Assembly: GCA_010093995.1 (NCBI GenBank)
Contig: ML992507.1
Location: 488,673 to 552,672 of the forward strand
DNA: 64,000 nt
Origin: Elsinoe ampelina
Taxonomy: Eukaryota
Reading direction: 5' to 3'
The notes beneath the pieces are model-generated. The model was not told where the DNA came from. It saw only the letters and a list, made by a program, of their open reading frames with translations, and ran no database searches. The position numbers and the translations under genes are program-made. Every line of letters begins with the position of its first letter. Within the stretch, counting starts at the first letter, position 1. Shown piece after piece: positions 37,199 through 50,000 of the stretch.

Positions 37199-40100
37199 CG
37201 TAATAAGTATATAATAAAACCGAGAGGAGATAAAGTTTAGCGCGTTAAACTTTATAGTTCTACGAGTGTTAGTTTAGGCTAACTAATTATAACTAAGCAC
37301 AATTCTAGTATGTCTCTCTCGTAAGTAAACTAAGATCTAAGGCTTATCTATCGCAAGTAACACTTACACCGAATTGCTACCTATACCGCTACCCTTTTAC
37401 TCCTACCTCTCTTTTCCCCTTCGTAGCTATACCTATATCTACTTCTTATTAACTAGTAATATACTTAATCGAAGCTATTAAGTAAGCCCTTGCTCTTAAT
37501 AATAAAGGCTATAGAGACTTATATAGTCTCTTAGAGAATATTATAATAGGTAAAGGCATAGTTAGAAGAATATTTAGGTCAATTTCTAATAGGAGAAGAT
37601 TAGAGAAGAAGGTGCTTCTAGCGGCACTAGATAGTAATAACATTCGGTACACGTTTCGGCGTACAATAGAGCTCTTAGAGAGTAGCGATAGTTAAGCTGC
37701 CTTCCGTACTCTTATCTATAAGATAAGTACTAATTTTAGACGTTAGTAGGTATAGTTACACTTAAGATTATATAAGCCTAGAGAAGCGTAGAATAGTGCT
37801 AATACGCTTACCTCGAACAAATCCTTAGATTGCTAATTATAATTATAAGCGCCTTTACTCTTTAATCGACTAGACGATATACTATTAGTAGTTTATAAGG
37901 ATAGAGAGATACGTTCTATCTACTTAATTAGAGATCTCCTACTTATATGTTATAAAGCTATAACTACTATGTCTAAGAAGAATATAGATATTAAGTTTAA
38001 TTAGCTAAGAGTAATATTAATTATAATAGACTACTATATATATAATAAGTAAAGCAATGTTATAGGTTAGAAGGACAATAGAACGCTATATTTCGCTATA
38101 ATAGAGAATACTATCTAGTTTAAGGCTGTTATCTTATCTAAGATATTATATAGTTTACCTCTTTATATCCTAATAAGGCAACGAGATTAAGGAAAGTATC
38201 TAGCCGAAGCAAGTATAAAGGAGAATAGTCCGGTAGTAGACTAAGTCGAACTAAAAAGTAGTAGGGTAATCTACGCTAAGCCGTACCTACTACTAAACTC
38301 TAGAGTTTTAGTTTATTTACTATGCTTTATCCTTCCTTACCTTTTAACTAAATCGCTCTTTAGAATTACTTATCTATCCTTCTACTATTAATCTGTTAGG
38401 TCTATTAGTATCTTTTAGCTAGGCTTCTAAGTATAGATATTAATTGTACCGACCTTGTTTCTCTAGCGGCTAACATCTAGACTATAGGATTAAGTATATA
38501 GGCTCCTCTTATCTGTTTAGGTGTTAAAGTATAGTCTTCTAATAGTCTCCCTAACTAGCTAGAGGCTTAAATTAGAAGCTCTCTACTATATACGTACGAA
38601 GAAGAGTATAATTACGTTAGTAGCTAGCAAAAGCGACATAGGACCTAGTAGCCTAAATAGCTTAATAGATAGTAACTCCTAGAGGAAGACATTGCACTTA
38701 TTTAGTAGGAAGTAGGCTAATTACAATTAATGGCGGAGGAGAATATAAGCTTAATCGAACAACTCTAGCGAGAGAATAATATACTTAGAGAGTATATTAG
38801 TAAAGCTTTTTACGCGTTTAGTATCGCCTCTACGGACCTTACTAGTAGAGTGTTAAGGGGCTTATTTAGATTAAATAAGGGTATATAACGTTATACTAAT
38901 AGTGCTACTCTACTATTACTATATATAGTTACTAATAGCTAATTAACGCTCGCCCTCTATTACGACATAATTAGTAGAAGATAAGCTACTCTATCTAGCG
39001 TGTCTTATTCGGACACCCTAGACAGCGAGATAGTAAGCGATTAATACTTTTAGCACTTAGAAGATATACTACTTAGCAAAGGGGGGACTACTAATGTAAT
39101 TAATAAGGGAGCTACTATATAAATTGTACTACCTGTCTATATATATAATAGCTAGTTCCTATAGTCTTTCGAATCAGTATATAATTGCTTAGTCTAAGTT
39201 TAATCTATAATTTCTCTCTATATATTTCTACTCTAATTGTTACTTAACCTAATAACAAATACTATATTTAGTTTAAGTATTTAGTCCGAGTAAGTTTAAG
39301 TAGCTTTCTTTTTTAGTTTAGCTTCTAGTAATTAGTACTCTACGAGTTAGACCTAGCTATAAGTCTAATTTAATACCCTTACTAGTTAAGATTACTTTAA
39401 GGTATAGGTAGATATAACTAATTCTAATTAGAAGAAAGTTACGCACTCTAAACACCTAACTAAGCTATTATCTAACTTAAACTAACGCTAAATTACTATA
39501 ACACATACAAGATAACTATCTATCCCCCTTATAGTATATATTATTCCGGCCTGCCTTGCTAACTCTCTTATACCTATATACCTCTTTATTAGAACTATTG
39601 CGAACTAAGATATCTTAGGCACGTTAGTACCTACATAGCTTAGACTATAAGACCGATAAGTATTCCGAAGATAACAATTTAGGTTATTTTAACTAGGATA
39701 AAGCAGAGTAAGGCTTTAGCATTAAGGGAGACTAAGCTAACTATATAGGCTATAAATATAATATCGAAGATAAAGGAGAAGGCATAAATTAGACATTGCT
39801 ACTCTTAATCCGAGTTTAAGAGAGCTATAACCCGACAAGAATAGCCTAACGTTAGCCTCTATACTAGTTAAGATAGTAAAGCGGAGGTAATAGAACGTAC
39901 TAAACTAGTATCTCGACATTTTCGAGGCGGTGCGTAATAATCTATATATAAGTATAGCTATCGGAGTAGATTATAATACAATGTTACTAACATTAGACAA
40001 TTAATAGCTACTCCTATAAATTATATAGTACTAGCGCTCGGTCCGTAACTAGCTACTAGTACTTTATCTATAGAGGACTATAGGTAAATACTCTTCCGCG

Positions 40101-43100
40101 GTTATAGCTAGTAAGGTAGGTTACGTAGCTAAAGCTAATTACTTATTAATATACGTATAGCTCCGAGAGGCGCTCTACTATAGTCGTAATAACATTACAC
40201 GAATAGTAAGTAAGATACTCTACTACGAATAGCTAGCTAAGAGGCTAGAGAATAGCGAGCTACTAAATTAGGTACGTAGGCTACTAGAGGAAAGAAAGTA
40301 CTAATACAAGGACGGCGATTTAGTACGCGCTAGATATACTTATTAATTAATTACTTATATATAGCAGCGTAAATGCTTTAGGAGTCCTTTAATATATAAA
40401 GCCTTCTAAGTAGCCTTTATCGGACGTGTAGGCTTAGCTATAATAGCTAGTACTTACTATTACTTTAATAAACTAATACTCTTTCTTATTTCCTCTCTCC
40501 TAGCAACGATTTATATACTCTTAGTTAAGTAAGTAGACGGGGTTAAGTCCTACTTACCTAAGGGAATACTAGTATTTAAACGTATAGAACCTTTAGAACT
40601 CGATTATGTCTAACTAAGTATTTAGAATAACTTCCTAGCGTAGATTAGCCCGAGATAGGTTCTTATCCTTCGTTAGCTAAAACTTAGCTTTACTAAGTGC
40701 GTTAAGAGGAATAGACTTACTATCGTAGTAGTAGTATTAAACATATCTCTTTACGCTAACACTATAGAGGGACTATTAGATAGAGAAAATACAAGGGAAA
40801 GGTACATATATACCTTCTTATTTTAGTTTAGCCTACCTAACTTTAAACTAACTTATAGAGAAGTTAGGTATATAATAACGGGCCTAACAGCGGGGGTAAT
40901 AGCTATTATATAGCACCGGTACGAAATGCTTCTACTAAGTACCTTTTAAGAGGTAAGCTTAATTCTTCTATCGGCTTCTTAAGTTTGATACTAATAGATC
41001 GAAAAGAGTATCTAATTAAGGCTAAACGCTCTATTACGGTGTATTAAGGTACTACTTAGTTCGCGTATAGGAGCGAAGTACTAAATTGCTCTATAGCGAC
41101 TTCTACGATAGAAGCACAGCCGGCGTAGATGCCTAATATAGATAGTAACCTTGTCGTAACTTTAACTACTACTAAACTAAGTTAGGTCGTAGTTAGTACA
41201 TACAAGGATTAATAGACTTAATAGCAATATTCACCTAGGCTACTCGATTATACGCGTACTATACTATCCTAAGACGGACAACTTAATAGCAATTTACTAG
41301 CGGTTAAGGCGTAGTAGAAGGATTTCTTAGGTACATAGACGTAGATAAACTTTTTATCCTTTATATATAAGAAGTTTAGAGGTCTACTACGTAAACTAGT
41401 CTTATAGTACCGAATCGGCCTAAAGTATAGTAGTAGTATCTTAGACATTAAGGAGAATAGACATCCGCTAGATAGAGATACTTTTATAGAACTAAGGGAT
41501 AAGGATATAGAATTACAAGAAGATAGTATATATATCGTTATTAAGAGTAGTATTAGGTAGAATATAAAGCAATATATATATTCTAGCGACCTTATATAAT
41601 TTTCTAGACGTAGTAGATAAATTACAAGGTCTATATAATATATAGATATATATAATATATACTACGAGGTAAGCTACCTAATAGAATGTTTCTATAATCG
41701 ATATTGTCGAGCTTATAGAGTAGACACGAACTAATTACTTCGCGAACTAAGAAACGCTTAAACTAAGATAAGAGATACACGTAGTATACTATCTACTATT
41801 AGGCCGTCTCTGTTTGCTACGCATTAAGGGTTTTTGGATTTCTACGGGGAAAAACTATATTACTTCTAAGTAGGACCTAGAGGTAACTAGGGAATTATAT
41901 TAAACTAAGTTAAACTAAGTTAGTTACTTAGAAGTAGTCTAACGTAGCTCCCTAGCGTTAGGGATTTCGTAACGCTTGTACTTCTTAAGATATATAATAG
42001 TAATGTTATCTATAAAGAAGAAGATTATTACTTTAGGTATTATCTAGAGGTATAGAGCCTTAGGGGCTTAGGTAAATCTAATACCCTTTAGAGTAGTAGT
42101 GAATTTAGTATACTAGAGAGCTAGAGCTTATTTAAGACTATATAAGGCCTTATTAAGCAAAAGGATTGTATCTAATAGAGCAATGCTAGGATAGTCCTTT
42201 ATAAGATCCTCTATAACTAGCTTAAATCTAGTAGAGAGAGTGTAGTAGGTAGTCTTATTAATAGGACTATTAATATAGGCATTAATAACATCTATTTAGA
42301 TAGCCTCTATATCTTTATAAGCAAGTAATACTATAAGCATTCTAAAGATCTTAGCTGCTAGAGTTACTATATAAGTCTTAGATTCTGTTAATTAGAGATT
42401 ACCTCTTATATAGACTTTTACTTTATACTTTATAACCTCTCCTTTGTTATTAACTTTATAGGTAAATATCTATATTAAAGAGACAGGCTTGCTAGTAGCT
42501 TAAGCTACTAGTATAATAGTCTATATGTGTTTTAAGTATAAAGTGAGTAATTTAACCTTTATAGCCTCTTAAAATTGCTTCTTATAAGAATAAGCCTTAA
42601 GTTCTCTAATATTAGCTAGTAGTAGTAGAAGATTGTCCCTTAATTCTAGCTTATACTAAGTTAGTGTTATTAATAGATAAGCATTAAAGGCTTAGTAATA
42701 TCTAGGAGCCTTATTAATTTATACAAGAGTAGTAATATAAACTTACCTTCTTAGTTTTCTTATTCTTCTTATTATAAGAATATATTTAGGAAGAAGGTTA
42801 GCTAACCTTATAGCAATTCTTTAAGGGGGTTACTTAGGCTAAGCTTTAACTACCCCTTTAGTCTAAACTTCTATCTTATCTCCTTTAGCTTTATCTCCTC
42901 CTAGTAGTAGAGAAGATAGCTATACTACTATAGATAGTAGTAAGGCTAGAGCATTAAAGAACTATTTATTTAGTAAAGATTCCTAGATCTAAGCTAGGTT
43001 TAGATCTAGAATAGCCTTATCTAATTAGTCTAATAGAGGTAGTAACTAATCTAGTATAACAGAGTAACCCTTATCTAGCTACTAAGATAAACTTAGCCCT

Positions 43101-43149
43101 TAATCTAGATTACTCTAACTTAGAGTCTAAGATAGTATCTAGTTCGGCT

Positions 43150-43247
43150 ACTAAACTAGATTCTAAACTAGATTCTAAACTAGATACTAAACTAGATGCT
43201 AAACTAGATTCTAAACTAGATTCTAAACTAGATTCTAAACTAGATTT
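43150..43247. repeat. 12-bp tandem repeat (aaactagattct)n in the copia integrase-RT linker
   Basis: About 8 copies visible; the 12-bp period preserves frame. Confidence 0.85.
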
Positions 43248-45898
43248 AGTTTAGTTATTTCCTCTACTTTATACACCCCTTTAGATTCATTAACCTCCTA
43301 TAGGAGCCTTAGTAGATTAAGTAATCTAATTAGTTTTAGCTAAGGTTATTCCTCTAGCTTATAGAACTAAGTTTTATTAAATCTAACATCTCTTATTCTA
43401 ATAACCTTCTTAGAGGCTAGTATAAAGATCCTAAAGATGTTAGTTAAGTTATAGCTAACTAGATAGCTAATGTAAGCCCTTAGTATAAGCTTGTTACTAT
43501 TTATAATAAGCTTATCTAAAGTATAAGCTTTATATCTAAGTAGCCTAAGATAAGCAACTAATAGAGGGCATCTATAAACTAGCTTAAAAGGAGTCTTCTA
43601 GTCTAGCTTCTTAAGAGGTGTTCTATTAATTAGATAGGCTACTAATCTATATAGTTTAGAGTGCAATTCCCTTAGTAGATTAGCAAAGATAGCAATTGCT
43701 CTTACTCTCCTTAATAGCATAGCTCCTATCCTTTTATTATAACTATTCTAAGCTTAAGTATAGGGAGTAGATAGCTTATAATAGATTCCTTTACTGTCTA
43801 GGAAGATAGTAAATTTAAGGCTAAAGGCCCTCTTATTATTACTCCTAAGGAATCTAATTTTAAAGCTAAGATTGCTTTTAATATAAGTAATTATCTTAAT
43901 ATAGATTTTATTAATCTTATATCTATAAGTATAGGTAGTAACTAGTTAATAGTTAGTAGTTCTATAAGTAAAGTAGCTTATATATCTTACCTTATTATAG
44001 CTAGTAAATCTATTAATAATAATATTAAAGGTAGTTCTCTTAAATAGCTTTAATATAGCAAGTTTATTATTAGAACTCCTTAATATAATTTACTAAGTAT
44101 TTAATAGTTTATAAGTCTAATATAGAGACCTAAGATAAATTAGTTAAGCTAAACTAGGCTTAGTTAGAGTTAGTTTACTACTAACTATAGTAGTTAGAAG
44201 GTAATTAATAGACTCTAGGCTTAGATAGCCTATAACTTTATACTAAGATTAATTAGTCCTTATAGTAACTATAGTAAATACTAATAGTAGACAATTATTA
44301 TTATCCCTTAATACTATAGTAGTAACATTAGAAGCTTTAAAGTTATCCTTAAGAATATATTAGTTATGCTTTAGTATAACTAAGAAGAGCACTTTTCCTT
44401 TATAGCTAATCTCTATAGTTTAAGTGTTCTAGTAGACTCTACTATTAATAAACCTCCTAAGGCTAACTAGATTAGTTATAATTAATAGTATATAGGCTAC
44501 CTTTATAAGATAGATAGTTATAGACTTTCCTTTGTAAAGAGCTATAATATTAATAGTTCTCTAACTCTTAATACTAAGTAAGGTATTACTATAGAATAGC
44601 TTCTTATAAGGTTCTATAATTCTAGTAACCTTATATCTGTCCTTTATAGTGTAATTATAGATATAATTAGTTGCTCTAGAATCTAGTATCTATAAGCTTA
44701 AGATATTAGTAGTAGCTAAGATAAATACTAAGTATAATCTAACAGTAATAGCTATATTAATTAACACTAGTAGAGTTAACCCCTTCTAATATTATACTTC
44801 CTTAGTAATAGAAGTCTTAATTCTCTCTTTAAGAGTCTTATTATTTAGCCTTTGTTTAATCTCCTTTATAGTCTACTAGTTTAGTGTCTATCCTTCTAGC
44901 CTTAGATGCTTATTTAAGTAATAGCACTTAATCTACTTATGCCGGCCTTAGTATATATATTTAGGCTCCCTAGGGGGACTAGGTTTCTTATAAAGAATAT
45001 CCTTAGTAGCTATAGAGAAGGCTATAGCTCCCTTACTAGCCTTTATAGTGCTATATAGCTTATAGAGTTTATAAAACTGTCTAAACTTAGTAATTAGTTT
45101 AAGCATAGTTAGTAGAGTTAGTAAATCTAGATTAATAAGGTACTTATTAGTAAATGCTAGTTTAGCCTTTAAGATAGAAAGCAAGAAGTCTCTCTATAGC
45201 CTTAAGCCTTAAGCTTCTAGTAGATTATAGTTCCTAGCCTTATCAATAACCTCTTCCTATTGCTAAAGCTAATAGTCTATATTCTATAAGGAAGAGCTAG
45301 ATAGCTACTTCCTCTAGAGTGCTTTAACCTTAAGCTATATAGCTATATTAGATAGAGCAAATCTGTTCTTTAATGCCCTAAGGATAGCCTATAGATAAGG
45401 ATTCCCTTCTAGTTACTAAATAATAGTAAGAACTTATAGTACAATTAATAACTAAATAAGGCTAGCTAAATTAGCTAAGGCCTTATACTACTTGTTATAT
45501 TATGCTTATTCCTCCTTATATATCTAGAAGAGTGCTAAGAAGTTAGTATTTGCTACCTCTAGCCTCTAAGGCTTAGGGAGCCCCTCTAGCTTAATAGTCT
45601 TCTAGGGATTAATAAGGTTCTATATCTTAGTGTTTAAAGCTCTTATCTTAATAATATATAGCTAGCTAGCCTATTTAGCTGATATAGCAAGAATAATAGG
45701 TGTTCTAGCTATTAAGGTGTTTGTATCTATAGTTGTTTATCTCTTTATTAACACCTAAATCCTATAGTTATAATTAAGGCAGTTCTTAATAGATTCTAAT
45801 ACTTAAAAAGTAAGATAATAGAGGATTAACTAATAGATAGAGTAGGAAAGTAACTAAGTAATCTACTTGTGTAGGGGTAGTTATACCGGGCTTATAAC

Positions 45899-46157
45899 TA
45901 TTAAATTGTATAGGGGAGGAAAAAGGATTAATTACTACCTAAACTACTAAAATAAGGTAGATTATAACTACATAAATACTTAACCTAGTGTACTAAAAGA
46001 TAGCTAAATTAAAAGAACTCCTTAATAGTAGCAGATTAAGACAATAATTATCCAATTTGATCATGGATTAGTGAAATGGTAAGATAGTGTTCAGTTCAAC
46101 CTTGGGATGAACTGAATCAGGGTCTTCTCGGCGCTCCAGCTTATGCCTCGGTTGACA
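45899..46157 (-). repeat. copia 5' LTR (259 bp)
   Basis: Matches 17006-17264; followed by TSD ACAAG. Confidence 0.95.
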
Positions 46158-46669
46158 ACAAGGCCTGATCACTGGTCGTGCGGCTGCAGCCCCCCCGGAC
46201 GATCAGCGTCACTTTTTCAATTTCGGCGCAGGAACAAGGTCAAGTCGGAGTGGAGCCAGCCAGGCAGGTGGAATTGCGTGACTCGCGCCCTGTCATAGAT
46301 ACTGTAGCCTGCTGAGCGGCTGTCCTTTGAAAGGTGTGCAGGAGTTGTATTTGCAGATATCGAAAGACGACATGTAGTCAATGTCGCGTGCTCTCCATGA
46401 CAAGTCCCTGTCACACGCTCTGTCATCAGACAAGAAGTCATAAGGCTCTACGCAGCTTGATCGTGAGCTTCACCATGACCAATAATTCGCACTTTATGAG
46501 GCACGTGTGGATCTGACGCGAGAAAGCCTCCCACGCAAAGCTGAGGCGACCACAAAACCAAACCCGAGGAACGACCGAAGCCATCAGGGTACAGCTGTCT
46601 GTCTTTCGAGCTCACTTTTCGCACCTTTGGTGAATTACCAGTCACGTGTTGACAGTATACATTCTGTAT

Positions 46670-48329
46670 TTACAAATCCTTTGTCCGCTCTTCACTCTCC
46701 TTGATCCACTTGTCCACAGCCTTCTGGTCTCTAATCTTGATGCCAATCTTGAATGGCTTTGGGTCCATAGTCAGACCAGTCGGGACTGCATTGGCATCCA
46801 AACAATCGAGGATCGGCTCATCCTCCTTCCTCTTCGGCGGTGTGAGCTCGAATGCGAGAATGACTCTCAGAAAGGCAGTATAGAGTTCTCTGTTAGCCAG
46901 ATGACTACCCACGCACATCCTGCTACCAGCACCGTATCCGTAGTGCGGTGTCCCTGAGACAGAGCTCGAAGTGTCGCCCAGATATCGGTCTGGGTTGAAG
47001 TCGAAAGGCTGCTTGAAGTGATCTTCATCATAGTCGGCACCGTATGCGTTCATGTAGAACGTGGTGCCGGATGGGATGACTGTGTCGCCGTATGGAATAT
47101 CCTTGATGCTGACTCTCGGCAGGCAGATGGGAATGACGGTCCAGAAGCGGAGTACTTCCTTGACCAGAGCTGTGATGTAGGGGATCTTTTCTTCATGTAG
47201 ACAGCGCTCCCATGCATCTCCATTGGGATAAACCTCGTTGATCTCACGGAGTGCCCTCTTCTGAATGTCCTGTCCATGAGGCGAAGCGAGGTATGCCAGA
47301 CACATTACCAGATTGCCTGGTACAGTATCGAGGCCGGCTGAAACCATGGTGAGGCAGATGGACATGATCTCGGCTGGTAGGATATCAGGACAAGTCAACA
47401 GCTTCACAGTGAGTGCTACTTACCATCATTTAGCTTGGCTTCGGGATCTTTTAGGATGTTGCCAGTGATGCAGGGTTTGTCAGTCCCGTCCGCTATCCTG
47501 TCCTTCAGCATCTGCAGAAGCTTGCTCATGTAAGCGCCACGTCTCTTTTTGTACTCGAGCGGCTTTGTGTTTTGACTTGGCCACAGTCTCATCAAGGGAA
47601 TGTAATCCTGCCAGTTATGAGAAGTGCTTCGGAAGTTGCTGATCTCTCGCTCCACATGTGTAATCTCCCGCAACATGTCGTCATCCACATTTCCTTCAAT
47701 TTTGATCCCATAGTTGAGAGTAAGAGATGTGCTGAGGGCGTACCGCTGGAAGTATGGATTCGGATCGATGTCAATCTGGCCATTCTGCGAGTCCTTGATC
47801 ATGTCCTTGATCGACCGCATGGATTCATAGTCGATGAACGGCATGTATGATTGGACCGCGGGCTTGTTCAACGCTGTTGCTGCAGCCTTCCGCCTCGCCT
47901 TACATGATTCGTCCCATGGCGAGGTACCGATGGTGAAGCCCTCAGAGGACGACACTACAGTGTGGAAGGTATGCAGAGTCGGTCTAGAGATCAGGGCTGA
48001 TTGATGTGTGATCCAGATATGTCGTACAGAATCGAACGTGTTGGCAAATACTATTCGCTGAAAGATAAATTAGTCGAGGACGCATGGCTACATGGTTGAG
48101 TGTATGCTACCTTATTACCAAGCCTGGTCTGGAAGACGGGTCCAAACTTCTTCGCCCACTCTCGAGCAACTTTGGCATGTGAGTCTCCCAGCTGCAACAG
48201 ATTACCGAAGATCGGTACACCAGGTATTTCAGGCAAGCCCTTGATCTTCGGGGTGTCTGTGCTGGTGAGAAATCTCCAGAGAAAGTATAGTGCTGAGAGG
48301 ACACCGAAGAGGACCACTGGAGAAGCCAT
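46670..48329 (-). CDS. phacA: Cytochrome P450 phenylacetate 2-hydroxylase (CYP504A-like), 3 exons
   Basis: PKIKGLPEIPGVPIFGNL; GFTIGTSPWDESCK; AGLDT; EVLR; heme motif YGAGSRMCVG. Introns at 48058-48110 and 47374-47423. Confidence 0.9.
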
Positions 48330-48701
48330 GGTATAGGTTGCTACGAAGATTGCTGAAGTCGAGCTCGTAGGGAAAAGGGACCACGGGTACGTATCGAGCG
48401 TTTATTATACTAAGCTTACGGACATGCGAATCGTTCGGGAATAAGCATCAGGCGGTTCGACTCCGCTTGATGGGCCCAATACTGTGCAGAGACGAAGATG
48501 GAGAAAGACATGAACAGACTTCATCCGACCGTATGTATCGTGTCGCAAACCCCGAGGCCCCGCTTGACTGTGACGTCCACGGCCGCGGAATGATGCCGCG
48601 TTCTTAGGGCTGGTCATGGGTTTTTTGCTGTATCAACGTGTTTGTCTCCCTCCATCCACCAGAAACAGAGATCGTCATGAAAGACATTTCATTAGTTTGC
48701 A

Positions 48702-50000
48702 CTAGAATTTGAGGTCTAGTGCAGGCAAGATGGTACCTTCACAGTCACCGAACCCTACCAAGCCGTTCTCTTCTGTTCCGCAGACTCCGCGGATGTTGAT
48801 TGAGTCACCGTCTTCCAAGAACTTCCGCTCCTCACCATCGACAGAAATTGGCTTCTTGCCATTGTCGGTCTGTTCCAGAAGGGATCCTCGCGCTGATGTC
48901 TCGACGCCAGAGATGGTACCCGATCCAAGCAAATCGCCAGTGTTCATGGGACAGCCACCAATTGAATGATGGGCCAGCATCTGAGGGAACGAGAACAGCA
49001 AATTGTTACTCTTGACTTTGCTGATTATCCCTGTCTTTCCTGAAGACGTCTTCAGGTCGACTTCAAGGTTGATGTCGTAAAAGGTTTTTGCTCCACCTTC
49101 CTGGAGATATGGGAGCACTTCTGTATCGTTCTTGAGGCCATTCGACCGGAAAGGCTCAAGAGCATCCGTCAACACTACCCACGGACTAATGGTGGACCCA
49201 AAATTCTTGCCATTGAACGGTCCCAGCGGTACATACTCCCAAGCTTGAATGTCTCGCGCCGACCAGTCGTTCAAGAGAACGATGCCAAAGATATGATCTT
49301 CTGCTTCTGAAATTGGGACAATTTGACCCATTTCATTGCCTTTGCAGAGAAAGGCACCAAGCTCGAGTTCAATGTCAAGCTTCTTGCATTGGCTAAAGAC
49401 GGGCGCCTTCTTTGCTGCCGCTGGGTTCTCCAGAATTTGTCCATTTGGTCTTCGAATCGGAGTGCCTGACACCACGATGCTCGAGGCTCTTCCGTGGTAC
49501 CCCACCGGGATATGCTTGTAATTCGGTTGAAGCGCGTTGTCTGCACCGCGAAACAGTACACCGACGTTGAATGCATGGTTCAGACCAGCGTAGAAGTCGG
49601 TGTAATCTCCAATCTGCATGGGTAGGTGCATCTTGACATCCTTAAGTGGTATCAGTGCTTGTTGCTGAAGATCCTTGTTGTCCTTGAGTACTTTGGGAAA
49701 TGGGGTCGAGTCGAGCAGAATGGACTGGATGTATTTGCGCACGGCAGAGTGGATTGGCTTTCCAAGAGCGGCAAAGGCATTCAATGTTGGAGTCGAGAAG
49801 ACTGCTTGGTGGGGTTGTATCGTCGACAGACCGGAGAATCCATTCTGTGCAGCAAAGATCTCCAAATCCAACGCGTAATCGCCAATTGCTATGGCAGAGT
49901 GTGGAGTACTAGCCTTTGCATGACTGATGATGCCAAAAGGTATGTTTGCCAGTGAGAAGTGCGACTTTGGTGATATCGACAGCCAACTTTTGAGAGCCAT
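48702..50000 (-). CDS. fahA: Fumarylacetoacetase
   Basis: HFSLANIPFG, GDYTDFY, PVGYHGRASS, LDIELE, NDWSARDIQAWEYVPLGPF, GDLLGSGTISG. Confidence 0.96.
   Translation of the reverse strand: MALKSWLSISPKSHFSLANIPFGIISHAKASTPHSAIAIGDYALDLEIFAAQNGFSGLSTIQPHQAVFSTPTLNAFAALGKPIHSAVRKYIQSILLDSTPFPKVLKDNKDLQQQALIPLKDVKMHLPMQIGDYTDFYAGLNHAFNVGVLFRGADNALQPNYKHIPVGYHGRASSIVVSGTPIRRPNGQILENPAAAKKAPVFSQCKKLDIELELGAFLCKGNEMGQIVPISEAEDHIFGIVLLNDWSARDIQAWEYVPLGPFNGKNFGSTISPWVVLTDALEPFRSNGLKNDTEVLPYLQEGGAKTFYDINLEVDLKTSSGKTGIISKVKSNNLLFSFPQMLAHHSIGGCPMNTGDLLGSGTISGVETSARGSLLEQTDNGKKPISVDGEERKFLEDGDSINIRGVCGTEENGLVGFGDCEGTILPALDLKF

Larger units (their letters stand above)
18215..41974. mobile_element. Giant (23,760 bp) TIR DNA transposon with Plavaka-type transposase, nested in the copia RT
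   Basis: Imperfect TIRs of about 30 bp: cgttacgaaagtcctaagcgtagagagtta versus (reverse complement of right end) cgttacgaaatccctaacgctagggagcta, 23/30 identical. 2-bp TSD CT (18213-14, 41975-76). Excision restores the copia RT frame. Confidence 0.88.
17006..46157 (-). mobile_element. Ty1/copia LTR retrotransposon, RIP-inactivated, about 5.4 kb once the nested insertion is removed
   Basis: 5-bp TSD ACAAG (17001-17005, 46158-46162); TG...CA outer termini; PBS-like gttataagcccgg next to the 5' LTR. De-RIP motifs in copia order: gag CxCxxxHxxxxC (about 44950), protease WILDSGATDHICN (about 44680), integrase WHKVMGH and QNGSSER, RT LNKALYGLKQAP (about 42140) and FFFVDDI (about 42010), then the RT tail and probable RNase H region at 17300-18214. 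Confidence 0.95.

Noticed and set aside
18215..41974. Interpretation as a nested LTR element (ends resemble TGTTACG...CGTAACA) or a Starship
   Set aside because: Termini are CG..CG inverted repeats with no terminal direct repeats. No gag/pol relics or tyrosine-recombinase captain were recognised, and a Plavaka-type transposase is present.
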